Origin: an uncultured delta proteobacterium
GTDB lineage: Bacteria > Myxococcota_A > Polyangia > Fen-1088
Assembly (NCBI GenBank): GCA_963737265.1
Contig: CAVTRY010000002.1
Coordinates: 1 to 64,000, forward strand
Length of the DNA: 64,000 nt
Reading direction: 5' to 3'
The notes under the pieces are model-generated. The model was not told the origin of the DNA and made no database searches. It worked only from the letters and a program-made list of their open reading frames with translations. Numbering within the stretch: position 1 is the first letter of the stretch; the number at the start of each line of letters is the position of its first letter. Shown here in pieces: positions 12,791 through 23,150 of this stretch. A program made the position numbers and the translations under genes.

Positions 12791-13012
12791 GCCGCGCAGG
12801 AGCAGATAAGACAGAATCGGAATGTTGTCGCGCGCGAGCACGCGACGGCCGCACGCAAAACAGTGCGACGGCGGCGACACCACCGACATGCCGCGCGGAA
12901 TGCGCGCGATACACACGTTGAGAAAGCTGCCCCACAGCGCGCCGAACACCGCCGCGCCCAAGATCGCGGGGATTTTCAAGGCCGTCAGACTTTCAGCGAG
13001 GGCTGGGTTCAC
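12770..13012 (-). pseudogene. pilD: prepilin peptidase (PilD/A24) N-terminal fragment, truncated
   Basis: [48 protein letters not shown], then runs into permease sequence and stops. Confidence 0.85.
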
Positions 13013-13054
13013 GCCAAGACGGTAACATTTGGTGATAGATTTCGCCGCCTCTTG

Positions 13055-13936
13055 ATGCGGACAGCTCGTTTCTACGCACTCGTCGCGATGCTCTCTCTTG
13101 TCGCCGGTATGGCAGCCTGCGGTCGGAAGAGGACAGCCGACGTGAGCTCGCCGGCTCAAAGCCTGGACGCGATTATCGTGCCGAGCGCCATCGTGGCGGC
13201 CCTGCGCAAGCTGGGCGGCGCTCACTACCATGCGACCGCCTATTTTCGCGTCGATACGAGGCAGAACCGCAATCCTGGCGATGGAACCATTCCAGTCTCG
13301 CCTTCCGCAATCACCACCACGACCGATTTGTGGCTTGACAAGCACGGCAACTACCGACTGGTGGAAGACAACGACCAGGACGGCGGACGCGAGATCGTGC
13401 GCGTGGGCAACGAGGTTGCGGTGGCCATGCGCTACGGCAAGATGATCCGCCGTTCCGCACAGGATTCCGAAACTGCCCGTTTCCTGGCCGAAGCCGTGGG
13501 CGCGCCATGGGCCATTTGGGAAATCGTGCGCCGCCAGGTCGAGGTCGAAAGCGCGGCCCAAGATACCTATCGCTTGAAGCCAAGTGGGCGTCACGTCGAC
13601 CGGCCGGCCGAATTCCCTGCCCCTGCGGAGCTGCGCAAGTGGCGCGACACCGTGGATGTGAAAGCGCTGGAGGGCCAGGCGATGGTGGACGGAGCCAACC
13701 GGGCGCTGCGGACATTCTCCTGCAAGACCAGCTTCGCGGCCGTGCGCGACGACGTCCCCATCGACGGCGAACTGGTCGTGTCGGCCGCCCTCGACGAGAT
13801 CGGAACGTCGGCGGACATTGTCATGCCAGCGACCGACACCTTGCACCCGCGCCAGCGCACCGTGCTCGAAGAAAGGGCTCTGCTTGGCGGCCTTGGCGCC
13901 AGGCTGTCGTCGAGCCTGAAAAAGACGGGACGATGA
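13055..13936 (+). CDS. hypothetical lipoprotein
   Basis: Lipobox-like GMAAC after a hydrophobic stretch; 293 aa. Confidence 0.65.
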   Translation: MRTARFYALVAMLSLVAGMAACGRKRTADVSSPAQSLDAIIVPSAIVAALRKLGGAHYHATAYFRVDTRQNRNPGDGTIPVSPSAITTTTDLWLDKHGNYRLVEDNDQDGGREIVRVGNEVAVAMRYGKMIRRSAQDSETARFLAEAVGAPWAIWEIVRRQVEVESAAQDTYRLKPSGRHVDRPAEFPAPAELRKWRDTVDVKALEGQAMVDGANRALRTFSCKTSFAAVRDDVPIDGELVVSAALDEIGTSADIVMPATDTLHPRQRTVLEERALLGGLGARLSSSLKKTGR

Positions 13937-14733
13937 CCGAGGACGGCCGCAAGGACATCACCGCGGTAACGGCCGAGCCGGTACTCGCCGTCGACCCGCA
14001 AGGACTCGCGCACCTGGCAGCACACCGGGGCCTCATCGTGCGCCGGGCCCTGTTGGTATCCGCCATCCGCGGATTCTTTCCCGTTCCGTTACTGGACGAC
14101 GTACTTGCGCGCAGGATACGCGCCGGGCTTTACCAGAAGCTTGCCAGCGGACGCCAGGTCGATCTACCGCCCGCCTCGGCCACCATTCTGGTCGCGGCGA
14201 AGGGGGGCGACGTGACCGCGCGGGTATCCTTTGCGGCCACCGCTGCAGTGGTCGCAAAATTCGCGGGGCGAAAGTTTCTCGCGCTTCTGGCCGCGGGACG
14301 CAGCGCCGGTGAAATGGGCCGTACCTTTCAAGGCGCGACGCTGTTCGACCACTATTGCGCAAAGCTGCACGTGGGCGGGCCGATCACCGCCGCGGGGGCC
14401 ACCCGCCTGCGCGGCTGCCTCGAAGCCGTGGCGTCGGGGCCGCTGTCGGGCCCGGCGGTCGACGCCTTTCGCGAAGGCAGCCGCGTGCTCGGCGGTTCGC
14501 TCCTCGAAGCCCCGCGCTGGGTCTCGCAACGCATCGCCAGCCTGGGCGAGCGCTTCGTTCACAGCGGTGGCAATCCCGACGTGCTCGACGCTTTCCCCGA
14601 GGAGGAACACGGCGAGCACGCATGGCTCGACCGCGCGGCGCAGGCAGTCGAGGCGGCCATGGCCCGAGCCGGCAACGAGCAGTGGGCTCAAATCGTCCAT
14701 GCTTTCGAAGAGCGGTGGGAGCGCGATCGCTAA
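13933..14733 (+). CDS. hypothetical protein
   Basis: ATGA overlap with upstream gene; PVPLLDD motif; 266 aa. Confidence 0.6.
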   Translation: MTEDGRKDITAVTAEPVLAVDPQGLAHLAAHRGLIVRRALLVSAIRGFFPVPLLDDVLARRIRAGLYQKLASGRQVDLPPASATILVAAKGGDVTARVSFAATAAVVAKFAGRKFLALLAAGRSAGEMGRTFQGATLFDHYCAKLHVGGPITAAGATRLRGCLEAVASGPLSGPAVDAFREGSRVLGGSLLEAPRWVSQRIASLGERFVHSGGNPDVLDAFPEEEHGEHAWLDRAAQAVEAAMARAGNEQWAQIVHAFEERWERDR

Positions 14734-14771
14734 TTGAGGTGTGCCGCGCGCTTTGCTACCATCACGGGTAC

Positions 14772-15431
14772 GTGACGAAGAAGAAAGCCTCCAGAGGAAC
14801 CAGCAAAACTCGGCCGACCGCGAAGACTGCGGCCCGATCCAAGAAAAAGCCCGCGCGCCGAGAGGCTCCGAGGGGTAAGACACGTGCAACAACACGTGCC
14901 AAGACACGCGCAACGACGACCGAGTCGCGCGCGAGGGCGACCGAGCCGCGCATAAAGGCAGTCCGGCGGCGAACGGAACCGGCGCCGGTGCTGTCGACGC
15001 CGCGAGAGGCCGATGTGCGCGGGCGGCGCGAGTCCTTGGCGACGGCCAAGGCCGCCATCGCGGCGGCGCTTGAAAAGAAAGCCGTCGAGCCTGTCCTGAT
15101 CGACGTGTGTGGCCGTGCCAGCTACGCCGACTTCATCGGCGTGGTGAGCGGCCGTAGCGATCGCCAGGTGGATGCAATCGCCGACGGCATTTGCGAAGCG
15201 ATGGCGGAACGCGGTCGCAGACCGCTTGGACGCGAAGGCTCGCGCAACGGGCGCTGGGTGTTGATCGATTTCGGCGATGTCGTCTTGCACGTCTTCTATC
15301 ACCCGCTGCGCGAGGTATTCGACCTCGAAAGCCTGTGGATCGACGCACCTCGCGTGAAGCTTCAGATTCCGGCCGAGGCCCGAGCCGACGCGCGCGTCGA
15401 TGGAGAGCCGAGCCGCGACAGTTTGCCGTGA
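14772..15431 (+). CDS. rsfS: ribosome silencing factor with basic N-terminal extension
   Basis: EKKA, SGRSDRQVDAIAD, WVLIDFGDVVLHVF..R..FDLESLW. Confidence 0.92.
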   Translation: MTKKKASRGTSKTRPTAKTAARSKKKPARREAPRGKTRATTRAKTRATTTESRARATEPRIKAVRRRTEPAPVLSTPREADVRGRRESLATAKAAIAAALEKKAVEPVLIDVCGRASYADFIGVVSGRSDRQVDAIADGICEAMAERGRRPLGREGSRNGRWVLIDFGDVVLHVFYHPLREVFDLESLWIDAPRVKLQIPAEARADARVDGEPSRDSLP

Positions 15432-15850
15432 AGATCCTGATTCGCGCCGTCGGCAAGATGCGGGACCGGCGGCTTGAGTCGGTGTGCGAGGAATACATCG
15501 AGCGCACCCGGCGCCACGTGCCGGTCGAGGTGAGCGAGGTCGACGACGACGCTGCCTTGCTGCACGGCTTGCCCGCCGGCACTGAGATCATCGCGCTCGA
15601 ACCCGGCGGCGACGCCTGGAGCAGCGTCGAATTTACCAAGTTCATCGAAAAGCGCATGGTACAGGGCACGCGCGCGCTGGCCTTTCTGATTGGCGGCGCG
15701 GACGGATTGGCGGCGGCCACAGTCCACCAAGCCAAGCGCCGGCTGTCGCTATCGCCGTTGACCTTGCCGCATCGCCTGGCGCGTGTGCTTCTGTGCGAGC
15801 AAATCTATCGCGCGCTCTCGGTTATTCGCGGCGAGCCCTACAATCGCTAG
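15428..15850 (+). CDS. rlmH: 23S rRNA m3-pseudouridine-1915 methyltransferase
   Basis: AVGK, FLIGGADG, LSLSPLTLPHRLARVLLCEQIYRA, GEPY; follows rsfS. Confidence 0.93.
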   Translation: MKILIRAVGKMRDRRLESVCEEYIERTRRHVPVEVSEVDDDAALLHGLPAGTEIIALEPGGDAWSSVEFTKFIEKRMVQGTRALAFLIGGADGLAAATVHQAKRRLSLSPLTLPHRLARVLLCEQIYRALSVIRGEPYNR

Positions 15851-15880
15851 CTAGAACCGAAGTGCTAAAATGCAAACCGC

Positions 15881-16384
15881 ATGACCATCGGAAAGCGGCT
15901 GTTCAACCTGGCGTGCTCGGAGCTCAATTCGCTCCTCGACCGAGCCGTCGAGATGGAGCGGGAGCATGGTGCGCGGCCCGATCCCGACGACGACCTGTAT
16001 CGCCGCTTCAGCCTGGACCAGCTCACGGATCGCGAGCTGGAAGCAGAGATCGAACGTCGGCAGCGCGCGCGCCAGGCTGCCAAGCGCGGAACGCAGGCCG
16101 GTGCAGCGAACGCGCGCACGGATTCGGCGGGCAACCCGCGCTCGTCGAGCGAGCCGCACGCGCGCCGGACGACCTCGGACCACGACATCCGCCGGGCCTA
16201 CGCGGCGCTGGAGGTACCGTTCGGCGCGGACTTCGAAATCGTGCGCAAATCCTACCGGACACTCATGCGCAAGTACCACCCCGACCGCCACGCGGGCTCG
16301 CCCGACAAGCTCAAGGCGGCCACCGAAGTGGCGCAGCAGCTCACGCAGGCTTACAAGCTGGTCGAGCAACGCTCGCGCAAGTGA
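15881..16384 (+). CDS. J-domain protein (C-terminal J domain)
   Basis: YAALEV...RKSYRTLMRKYHPD...AYKL. Confidence 0.88.
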   Translation: MTIGKRLFNLACSELNSLLDRAVEMEREHGARPDPDDDLYRRFSLDQLTDRELEAEIERRQRARQAAKRGTQAGAANARTDSAGNPRSSSEPHARRTTSDHDIRRAYAALEVPFGADFEIVRKSYRTLMRKYHPDRHAGSPDKLKAATEVAQQLTQAYKLVEQRSRK

Positions 16385-16409
16385 GGTGCTTGCGCGAGCG
16401 AAATGGGAC

Positions 16410-17156
16410 CTACTTGGCCTTGCCCTGGTTGGCCACGGCGTTCATGGCCGCGGCGATGGCGGCTTGGTCGCCGAGGTAATAGTGCTTGATGGGCTTGAGG
16501 GTTTCGTCGAGCTCGTACACGAGCGGAATGCCGGTCGGGATGTTGAGCTCGACGATTTCGCTTTCGGGAATGTTGTCGAGGTACATGACCAGGGCGCGCA
16601 GGCTATTGCCGTGGGCCGCGATGATCACGCGCTTGCCGGTTTTGATGACGGGCGCGATGGTCTCGTGCCACATGGGCAAAAAGCGCGCGACCGTGTCCTT
16701 GAGGCACTCGGTAAGCGGCAGCTCGGCCGGGGTGAGATTGGCGTAGCGGCGATCGTGGCCGGGAAAGCGCGGATCGGTCTTTTCGAGCGGCGGCGGCGGA
16801 ATATCGTAGCTGCGGCGCCAAATCTTGACCTGCGATTCGCCGTACTTCGCCGCGGTCTCGGATTTGTTGAGGCCTTGCAGCCCGCCGTAGTGGCGCTCGT
16901 TGAGACGCCAGTCGCGAACGACCGGAATCCACTGCAATTCCATCTCGTCGAGGCCCATCCACAGCGTGCGGATGGCGCGCTTGAGCACCGAGGTGAACGC
17001 GAGGTCGAAGGCGTAACCCTCGCTCTTGAGCAGCTGTCCTGCCGCCTTGGCTTCTTTCAGGCCTTTTTCCGAAAGGTCGACGTCGGTCCAACCCGTGAAG
17101 CGGTTCTCGCGGTTCCATTCGCTTTCGCCGTGCCGAAGCAGCACTACTTTGTACAT
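16410..17156 (-). CDS. gpmA: 2,3-bisphosphoglycerate-dependent phosphoglycerate mutase
   Basis: [30 protein letters not shown]. Confidence 0.97.
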   Translation of the reverse strand: MYKVVLLRHGESEWNRENRFTGWTDVDLSEKGLKEAKAAGQLLKSEGYAFDLAFTSVLKRAIRTLWMGLDEMELQWIPVVRDWRLNERHYGGLQGLNKSETAAKYGESQVKIWRRSYDIPPPPLEKTDPRFPGHDRRYANLTPAELPLTECLKDTVARFLPMWHETIAPVIKTGKRVIIAAHGNSLRALVMYLDNIPESEIVELNIPTGIPLVYELDETLKPIKHYYLGDQAAIAAAMNAVANQGKAK

Positions 17157-17166
17157 GCGGTTTCTC

Positions 17167-17667
17167 CTATGACTCTGACTTCTTGAGCGTTGCGGGGCGT
17201 ACTTCTAGCATACCCTTGTGCACGGATGCGCCTGCCAGCATGCGAACGCCGTCCGGCCACTCTTCGATTTGCAGAAACTGACCGCCCGCCGCGCGGTAGC
17301 GCCACAGGGTGCAGGTGCCGGACTTGCGCTTTGGGACGGTGCCAGCGACGCCGACCGTGGCGGCGCCAGAAACGCGCAAAAGGTAGCTCTCCCCACGGTG
17401 GTAAATCGTCGCCGGAGGCGGCGTGGTGATGTCGAGGTTATCGATTTCGGACAGCACCAAGGCGCGATCCGCCGTGTCGCTGGTCGGGGGTTCGAGGAAC
17501 CGGGTGTGGCCCGGCCCGGTCATGCGCACGAGGCGCAACACGCGATCGGCGAGAGCGTAGTCGACGATGCCCGCAACCTCGTGGTCGATTCCTTGGTAGC
17601 CGATAATGTCGTGCAGGCTCAGGTTCACGTCGACGGCAGTATGGCGCCACGCACGCGACCTTGACAA
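17167..17667 (-). CDS. DUF4178-like protein
   Basis: [30 protein letters not shown]...FLQIEEW pattern. Confidence 0.55.
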   Translation of the reverse strand: MSRSRAWRHTAVDVNLSLHDIIGYQGIDHEVAGIVDYALADRVLRLVRMTGPGHTRFLEPPTSDTADRALVLSEIDNLDITTPPPATIYHRGESYLLRVSGAATVGVAGTVPKRKSGTCTLWRYRAAGGQFLQIEEWPDGVRMLAGASVHKGMLEVRPATLKKSES

Positions 17668-17703
17668 CCGCGACTCTTCCGAATGTTGGCGCCGCCGCGT
17701 GGC

Positions 17704-18240
17704 CTACATCAAGCCTTCGACGCAGGCGGTGGCTTCGCGGACCGACCAGTCGCGTTTGTTGATGAAGGCGTAGCGAACCTTCCCGACTGAATCCACGAGG
17801 AAGGACTCGGGAAATTTGAACGTCCCGAAACTTGCGGGAACCTTGCGGCTCTCGTCGTGGACCACCAACGTCGGCGAGCCCTTGGCGAAGAATCTCTTCA
17901 GCGCGTCCAGGTCCTCGTCCACGCTGACCACCAGCACCGTCGCCTTGCTTCCCACGCGGCGAGCGAGCTCCTCCAGGGAGGGCGTTTCCTCCACACAGGG
18001 CGGGCACCAGGTCGCAAAGAAGCTGACCAGCACCGGACGGCCACGCAGGCTGCGCAGCGAGACCGACTTGCCGCCCAAATCGGGCAACGCGAAATCCGGC
18101 GTTGAGGTGCGCAGGCTGGCCAACAGCGGGTTGGGATGAAGGGCGAGGCACGCACCCTCCGTGGCCGAGCTCACCGTCGAGGCCGCGCCGCGAATCAGCA
18201 GGATTCCGGCAAACGCCGTCGCAGCGGTGGCAATGACCAC
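17704..18240 (-). CDS. TlpA/ResA-like thiol:disulfide oxidoreductase
   Basis: PDFALPDLGG, FFATWCPPCVEETP, FPESFLVD. Confidence 0.9.
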   Translation of the reverse strand: MVIATAATAFAGILLIRGAASTVSSATEGACLALHPNPLLASLRTSTPDFALPDLGGKSVSLRSLRGRPVLVSFFATWCPPCVEETPSLEELARRVGSKATVLVVSVDEDLDALKRFFAKGSPTLVVHDESRKVPASFGTFKFPESFLVDSVGKVRYAFINKRDWSVREATACVEGLM

Positions 18241-18312
18241 CGCCGCGGCTTTGCGCCCGAAGTGCGGATCGCGGGCTTGACCGCCGTGGTGCTTGATAAC
18301 CGGATCTCCCGG

Positions 18313-20943
18313 CTAGTTCGCCTTGGCCTTGACTTTGCCGCCACCCTTCAATTCGACCTCGACGATCTTCTTGAATGCGTCCACGGGCTGCGCGCCCGAG
18401 ACCAGGTGGCCATTCACGAACGCGGCCGGCGTGCCTTCAACACCGACCTCCGAGCCCTGCTTGGTGTCCGCCTCGACCTGGGCGGCGTACTTGTGGCTAC
18501 CCACGGCCGCCTTGAACTTCGCCATGTCGAGCCCGATTTGCTTGGCGTACTTATCGAGATCGGCCGCAGATGAGGGCCTGTTGATTCTTAAACAGGATGT
18601 CGTGCATCTCCCAAAACTTGCCCTGTTCGTTGGCGGCCAGGGCGGCTTCGGCGGCAGGCTTGGCGTTGTTGTGGAACGGTAGCGGGTAGTTCTTCCATGC
18701 CACGCGAACCTTGCCGGGATAGGCCTTCTCTAGCTCGGTAATTGCAGGCTCGACGCGCGAGCAGAACGGACACTGGAAGTCGGAGAACAGAACCACCGTG
18801 ATGGGCGCGTTCTTGGGACCGCGGATGGGGGCGTTGCCAACGTCGACCTTCTTGGCAGGACCCGTGGGTGCGTCGCCACCGGCGGCTGCCGCATGGGCCG
18901 CCGGCGCACCACCGCCACCCACCTCGGCCTTCGCGGTCTTCATCAGCGTATCGTAGACCTTGGACTTAGGCGTGCCCTTCTTGACCAGATCCTCTGCCTT
19001 CTTGAGCTCTTCGTCGATGCGGGCCTTGAACTGATCGAACGGTCGCGCGCCCGACAAGAAAGTGCCGTTGATGAAGAAGGCCGGAGTGCCACGAGCGCCA
19101 ATCTTGCCGCCCATGGCGGAGTCGGCCTCGATGGCGGCCACAATCTTTTTGTCTTCAAGCGCGGCCTTGAACTTGGCCATGTTGAGGCCGATTTCCTGGG
19201 CGTACTTCTGCAGGTCTTCGGGACCCAGGGCCTGCTGATTCTTGAACAGGATGTCGTGCATCTGCCAGAACTTGCCTTGCTCGTTGGCGGCCATCGCGGC
19301 GATGGCGGCGGGCTTGGCCTTGTCGTGGAAGGGAAGCGGCAAATTGCGCCACGCCACGCGGACCTTGCCAGCGTATTCCTTCATGACCTGGTCGACCGTC
19401 GGCTCGACGCGCGAGCAGAACGGGCACTGGAAATCGGAGAACTGCACGATGGTGACGAGAGCGTCCTTGGCACCCTTGATGGGCGCGCCGTGGACCTCGG
19501 CCTTGTAAACTTCGCCAGCCTGCGGCTCGCCGGGACGCGCCTCTTCCTTCTTGGGCGCGGCCTTGTCGAGACCATCCTTGATGAGTCTGCATACAAAGAA
19601 GCGCGCGGAGTGCCGGCGGCGAGCTTGGCGTCGATCTTCTTGATCTCCTCGTCGATGGCCGTCTTGAAGCTCTCCAGCGGATAGGCGCCGCTGAAGGCGT
19701 GGCCATTGATGAAGAACGAGGGAGTGCCGCCCACGCCGAAGTTGTTGGCCACCTTCATGTCGGCCTCGACCACCGCCTTGGTCTTGGGATTGTCGATGGC
19801 GGCCTTGAACTTCGCCGTGTCGAGCCCGATCTCCGACGCATATTTGTCGATGTCGGTCGCGGCGAGCGCCTGCTGGTTGGCAAACAGCTTGTCGTGCATC
19901 TGCCAGAACTTGCCCTGCTCGGCGGCGGCGACACCCGCGATGGCGGCCGGCATGGCGTTGTTGTGAAAAGGCAGCGGATAGTTGCGGAAGGTGACCTGCA
20001 GGTCGTCCTTGTAGGTCTTGAGCAGCTCGTCGACTGTGCCCTTGGCACGAGAGCAGTAAGGGCACTGGAAATCGGAGAACTCGATGAGGGTGATCTTGGG
20101 CTGCTTGGCGCCGATCTGGGGAGCGCTTCCCGGCTCGACCTTGTACACTTCGGCGCCAACAGGAATCCTGGGCGGCGCGGCGGGCGGCGTCGGCACGCCG
20201 AGACCCTTGCCTTCGCCCTTCATCAGCGCGGCGTAGATCCCGCCAGCGGACGTCCCCTTGGCCACAAGCTTCTTCGCCCGGCCGAGCTCGTCATCCACGA
20301 CTTGCTTGAACTGCTCGTACGGCACGGCGCCGCGTACTGGGCGACCGTTGATGAAGAAGTTCGGGGTGCCCTGAACGCCCAGCTTCTTACCGATTTCGGT
20401 ATCGGCCTCCACGCGCTTCTTGGTCGCGGGCGAGTCGATATCAGTCTTGAACTTCGCCATGTCGAGCTTGAGCTGCTGGGCGTACTTCTCAAGATCGGGC
20501 CGCTTAAGATTCTGCTGGTTGGCGAACAGCTTGTCGTGCATCTCCCAAAATTTGCCCTGGTTTTCGGCGGCCACCGCGGCCTGGGCAGCGAGCGGCGCGT
20601 CGGAGTGGAAGGGCAGCGGGTTGTGCTTGAAGAAAACCCGCACCTTGTCGGGATTTTCCTTCACCAGCTTATCGATGGTCGGCACCACGCGGCTGCAGAA
20701 AGGGCACTGGAAATCGGAGAACTCCACGATGGTCACGGGCGCGCGGCTCGATCCCTTGGCCTTGCCTTCGAAGGGAACGCACTTGCGCTCGACGTCATCG
20801 CCAGCGACGGCGGCGCCAATGTTGGGACAGGTGAACTTGGAGACGGCCGCACTCCCGCCCGCGCTCCAGTTGCTGCGGCCGAGGACGTACCCGCCGGTAA
20901 CCGCCCCAATTGCAAGAACGAACACGATAACTTTACGCAACAT
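18313..20943 (-). CDS. DsbA-family protein with four thioredoxin domains (frameshifts at ~19590 and ~18570)
   Basis: Four FSDFQCP(F/Y)C motifs and four GTP cis-Pro loops over three consecutive ORF pieces; N-terminal TM/signal. Confidence 0.88.
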
Positions 20944-21005
20944 GGAATGTCTCCTTCGACGCTCTCCGGACGTGTCTTTCAAGAAGCAGATGGGTAATCT
21001 GACAG

Positions 21006-21078
<73 letters not shown>

Positions 21079-21259
21079 GTGGGCCGCTCGTCTAACACGT
21101 GCCGATCATTCTAGCAAGGCACCCCCGACTACAACCATTTTCGCGGGTGGGCGATTCCGCGCCCGTGGCGCTTTTTCCGTAGCCCGACGCGCTATCGAAG
21201 GCTCGGCCGGTTGCCGTCAAGCCGAACTTCCGGTGGGGCGACAGCTATACTTGCCGACC

Positions 21260-21481
21260 ATGTGCGGTCGGATGACTTTGACAAGCAACGATCTGGGACA
21301 GGTTGTGGGCGAGCTGAACGAGGCACTCGGAAGCGCAGGTGTGTGGCCCATTTCGGCCGACCACGACGCGCCCTCGCTGTTTCGCCCACGCTACAACGTC
21401 GCACCGACGCAGCGCCACCCTGTGCTGCGGCAGCTGCGAGACCACGCAGGGTTCTGCACCCGGCGCCTGATGAGCTGCTGA
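21260..21481 (+). pseudogene. SOS response-associated peptidase (SRAP/YedK) N-terminal fragment
   Basis: MCGR start and PRYNVAPTQ motif; only about 73 codons. Confidence 0.75.
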
Positions 21482-21590
21482 TCGCGACACCAGTTTCCAC
21501 GTGGGTGAATTCGCCTCGACACGACGGTCCAGCTTGCCTGGCTCCACCTCGGGGCGTGCAGATGCGCCTGTTCGAGTAGGGTCGCCTTGG

Positions 21591-22838
21591 CTATGGGGCC
21601 GTGTTCAGCGGTGCGCCCGTATCTAGGACCTCGAAGTCTGCACCTGTCACCTTGTCGAAGTCGGTGAGTAGTTCCCCGATGTAGGTATCGGACACGTCCT
21701 GCGCGTTCCAACCGTCGTCGCTGTCCCCCTGAAAATACCAATCGGAACCGTTGTCGGCGACGATCAGGCCGAACGTCTTCATACCCTGCGCGATGACCTT
21801 GCCCGGAGTGCTGAACTTGGAGGTGTCCACTGCCGCCTTCAAGCGAAGGCGGAGCCCCATGGGTGGATCGGAACTTCCAAGCGGAGAGGAACCCGCGAAG
21901 TGGGTTGCCGGATAAATGTATCCATTCTGGGTCTTGTTGAAGGTCACACGAATGGCGTGGGTGACCAACCCCGCTTTGACCTCGGCAAGCTTGACCAGCC
22001 CAGCAAAGACGGAAAGGCCGGCAGCGTCGACGGATGTCCACCCGAGCGGCCGAAGCGTGTTCGAGCTGAGGTTCCACGTCGCGCCACAGCCGGCAGTCCA
22101 CGGTGGCCCGCTCCCGCCGACGGTGCCCCCGGCTTCCCACAGCGTGCATGGAGCGCCGCACGAAGCGCCTTGCTGGAGCACGAGCAGATGGTCATCGCCA
22201 GGGACCTGTCCCGTGGGCGGATTCCCCTCGATCTTCGCTTTGTTTGGGATCGGGTACGCCGTCGCGCCAGTGTCGCCGCCATTCGGCTTTGTCGTCCAGC
22301 CGCCGGGGCCTGGATCGCTCTCGCTGGCGTACGCGTTGAAAGTGATGGGAACGTCGGGTTGAGCAGCGGGCACAAGGTTGAACGGGATGCCGTAGGGCCC
22401 GCCGGTGCTCGCCGACCAGCCTCCGAAGTCCGGGTGTAGATGCTTGCTCTGGGGGAGGCTGTAAATCGATGTCGTCGCGACGGTCGGCGAGCTCACGTCC
22501 ATGTTCCACGCGTTGGTCGCTGGAAAAATCTGACATCCGGCGACGAATGTTCCGGGGCCCGGCACCATCCCTGCGACAACCCCCTTTGCGGTACCGGCGT
22601 CGCCGGTCGTGGCCGCAGCGCTGTTACTGCAAGTGAAGAGTCCTCCGGCGCTTCCCCCGGTTCCCGCGGCCGGAGAACCGGCCATGCCCGCGCCCGACCC
22701 GCTCGTGCCCCCTCCCGAGCCGCCCAAGGCGCCATTGCCGCCACTGCCGCTCGCGGTGGTCGCCGAATCACCACTGCATCCCCCGTACAGCGCGAGCCCG
22801 AGCGCAAGCCCAACAGCCGATAGGCGTCGCTGGTCCAT
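21591..22838 (-). CDS. lipoprotein with Gly/Ser linker and uncharacterised C-terminal domain
   Basis: GGAGG RBS; LYGGC lipobox; FP..N.WN, YGIP, ESDPGP, GWTS.DAAGL, PPMGLRLRLK, ADNGS motifs. Confidence 0.75.
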   Translation of the reverse strand: MDQRRLSAVGLALGLALYGGCSGDSATTASGSGGNGALGGSGGGTSGSGAGMAGSPAAGTGGSAGGLFTCSNSAAATTGDAGTAKGVVAGMVPGPGTFVAGCQIFPATNAWNMDVSSPTVATTSIYSLPQSKHLHPDFGGWSASTGGPYGIPFNLVPAAQPDVPITFNAYASESDPGPGGWTTKPNGGDTGATAYPIPNKAKIEGNPPTGQVPGDDHLLVLQQGASCGAPCTLWEAGGTVGGSGPPWTAGCGATWNLSSNTLRPLGWTSVDAAGLSVFAGLVKLAEVKAGLVTHAIRVTFNKTQNGYIYPATHFAGSSPLGSSDPPMGLRLRLKAAVDTSKFSTPGKVIAQGMKTFGLIVADNGSDWYFQGDSDDGWNAQDVSDTYIGELLTDFDKVTGADFEVLDTGAPLNTAP

Positions 22839-22926
22839 GGTATCTCCTCCCAACGGGTGCCCGCGATTGGAACACCACAGATGTGGCCATCGACTGTATC
22901 ACAGATGCGTGCTCCTCGAAGCAGCG

Positions 22927-23150
22927 GGCGATGCATCCCGTAATCCCGCGACAAGCGCAGCGACGTCGCGGAAGGCGCCAGAAAAAGGCGCCTTTCCTGG
23001 ATGGACGGGCCACCCAGTTGGAGGGATGAAGGATGGTCGTAAACTTCGTCGTCGTCGTCGTCGTCGTGGGCGTGGCCCTGGCCCCGGCCGACGAAGATTG
23101 CTCCGGCCACGACCTTCTGCGCCTATCGCGGGATTACGGATGCACCCGCC
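22927..23150. repeat. long imperfect palindromic intergenic element with (GTC)n tract
   Basis: ~34-bp arms at 22927-22960 and 23117-23150 are reverse complements sharing CCGTAATCCCGCGA; inner hairpin at ~22970-22998; GTC repeats at ~23046-23066. Confidence 0.7.

Noticed and set aside
11901-12935. 344-aa ORF as a novel permease fusion
   Set aside because: Its first ~50 codons are an alternate frame of the pilD fragment, produced by the junction.
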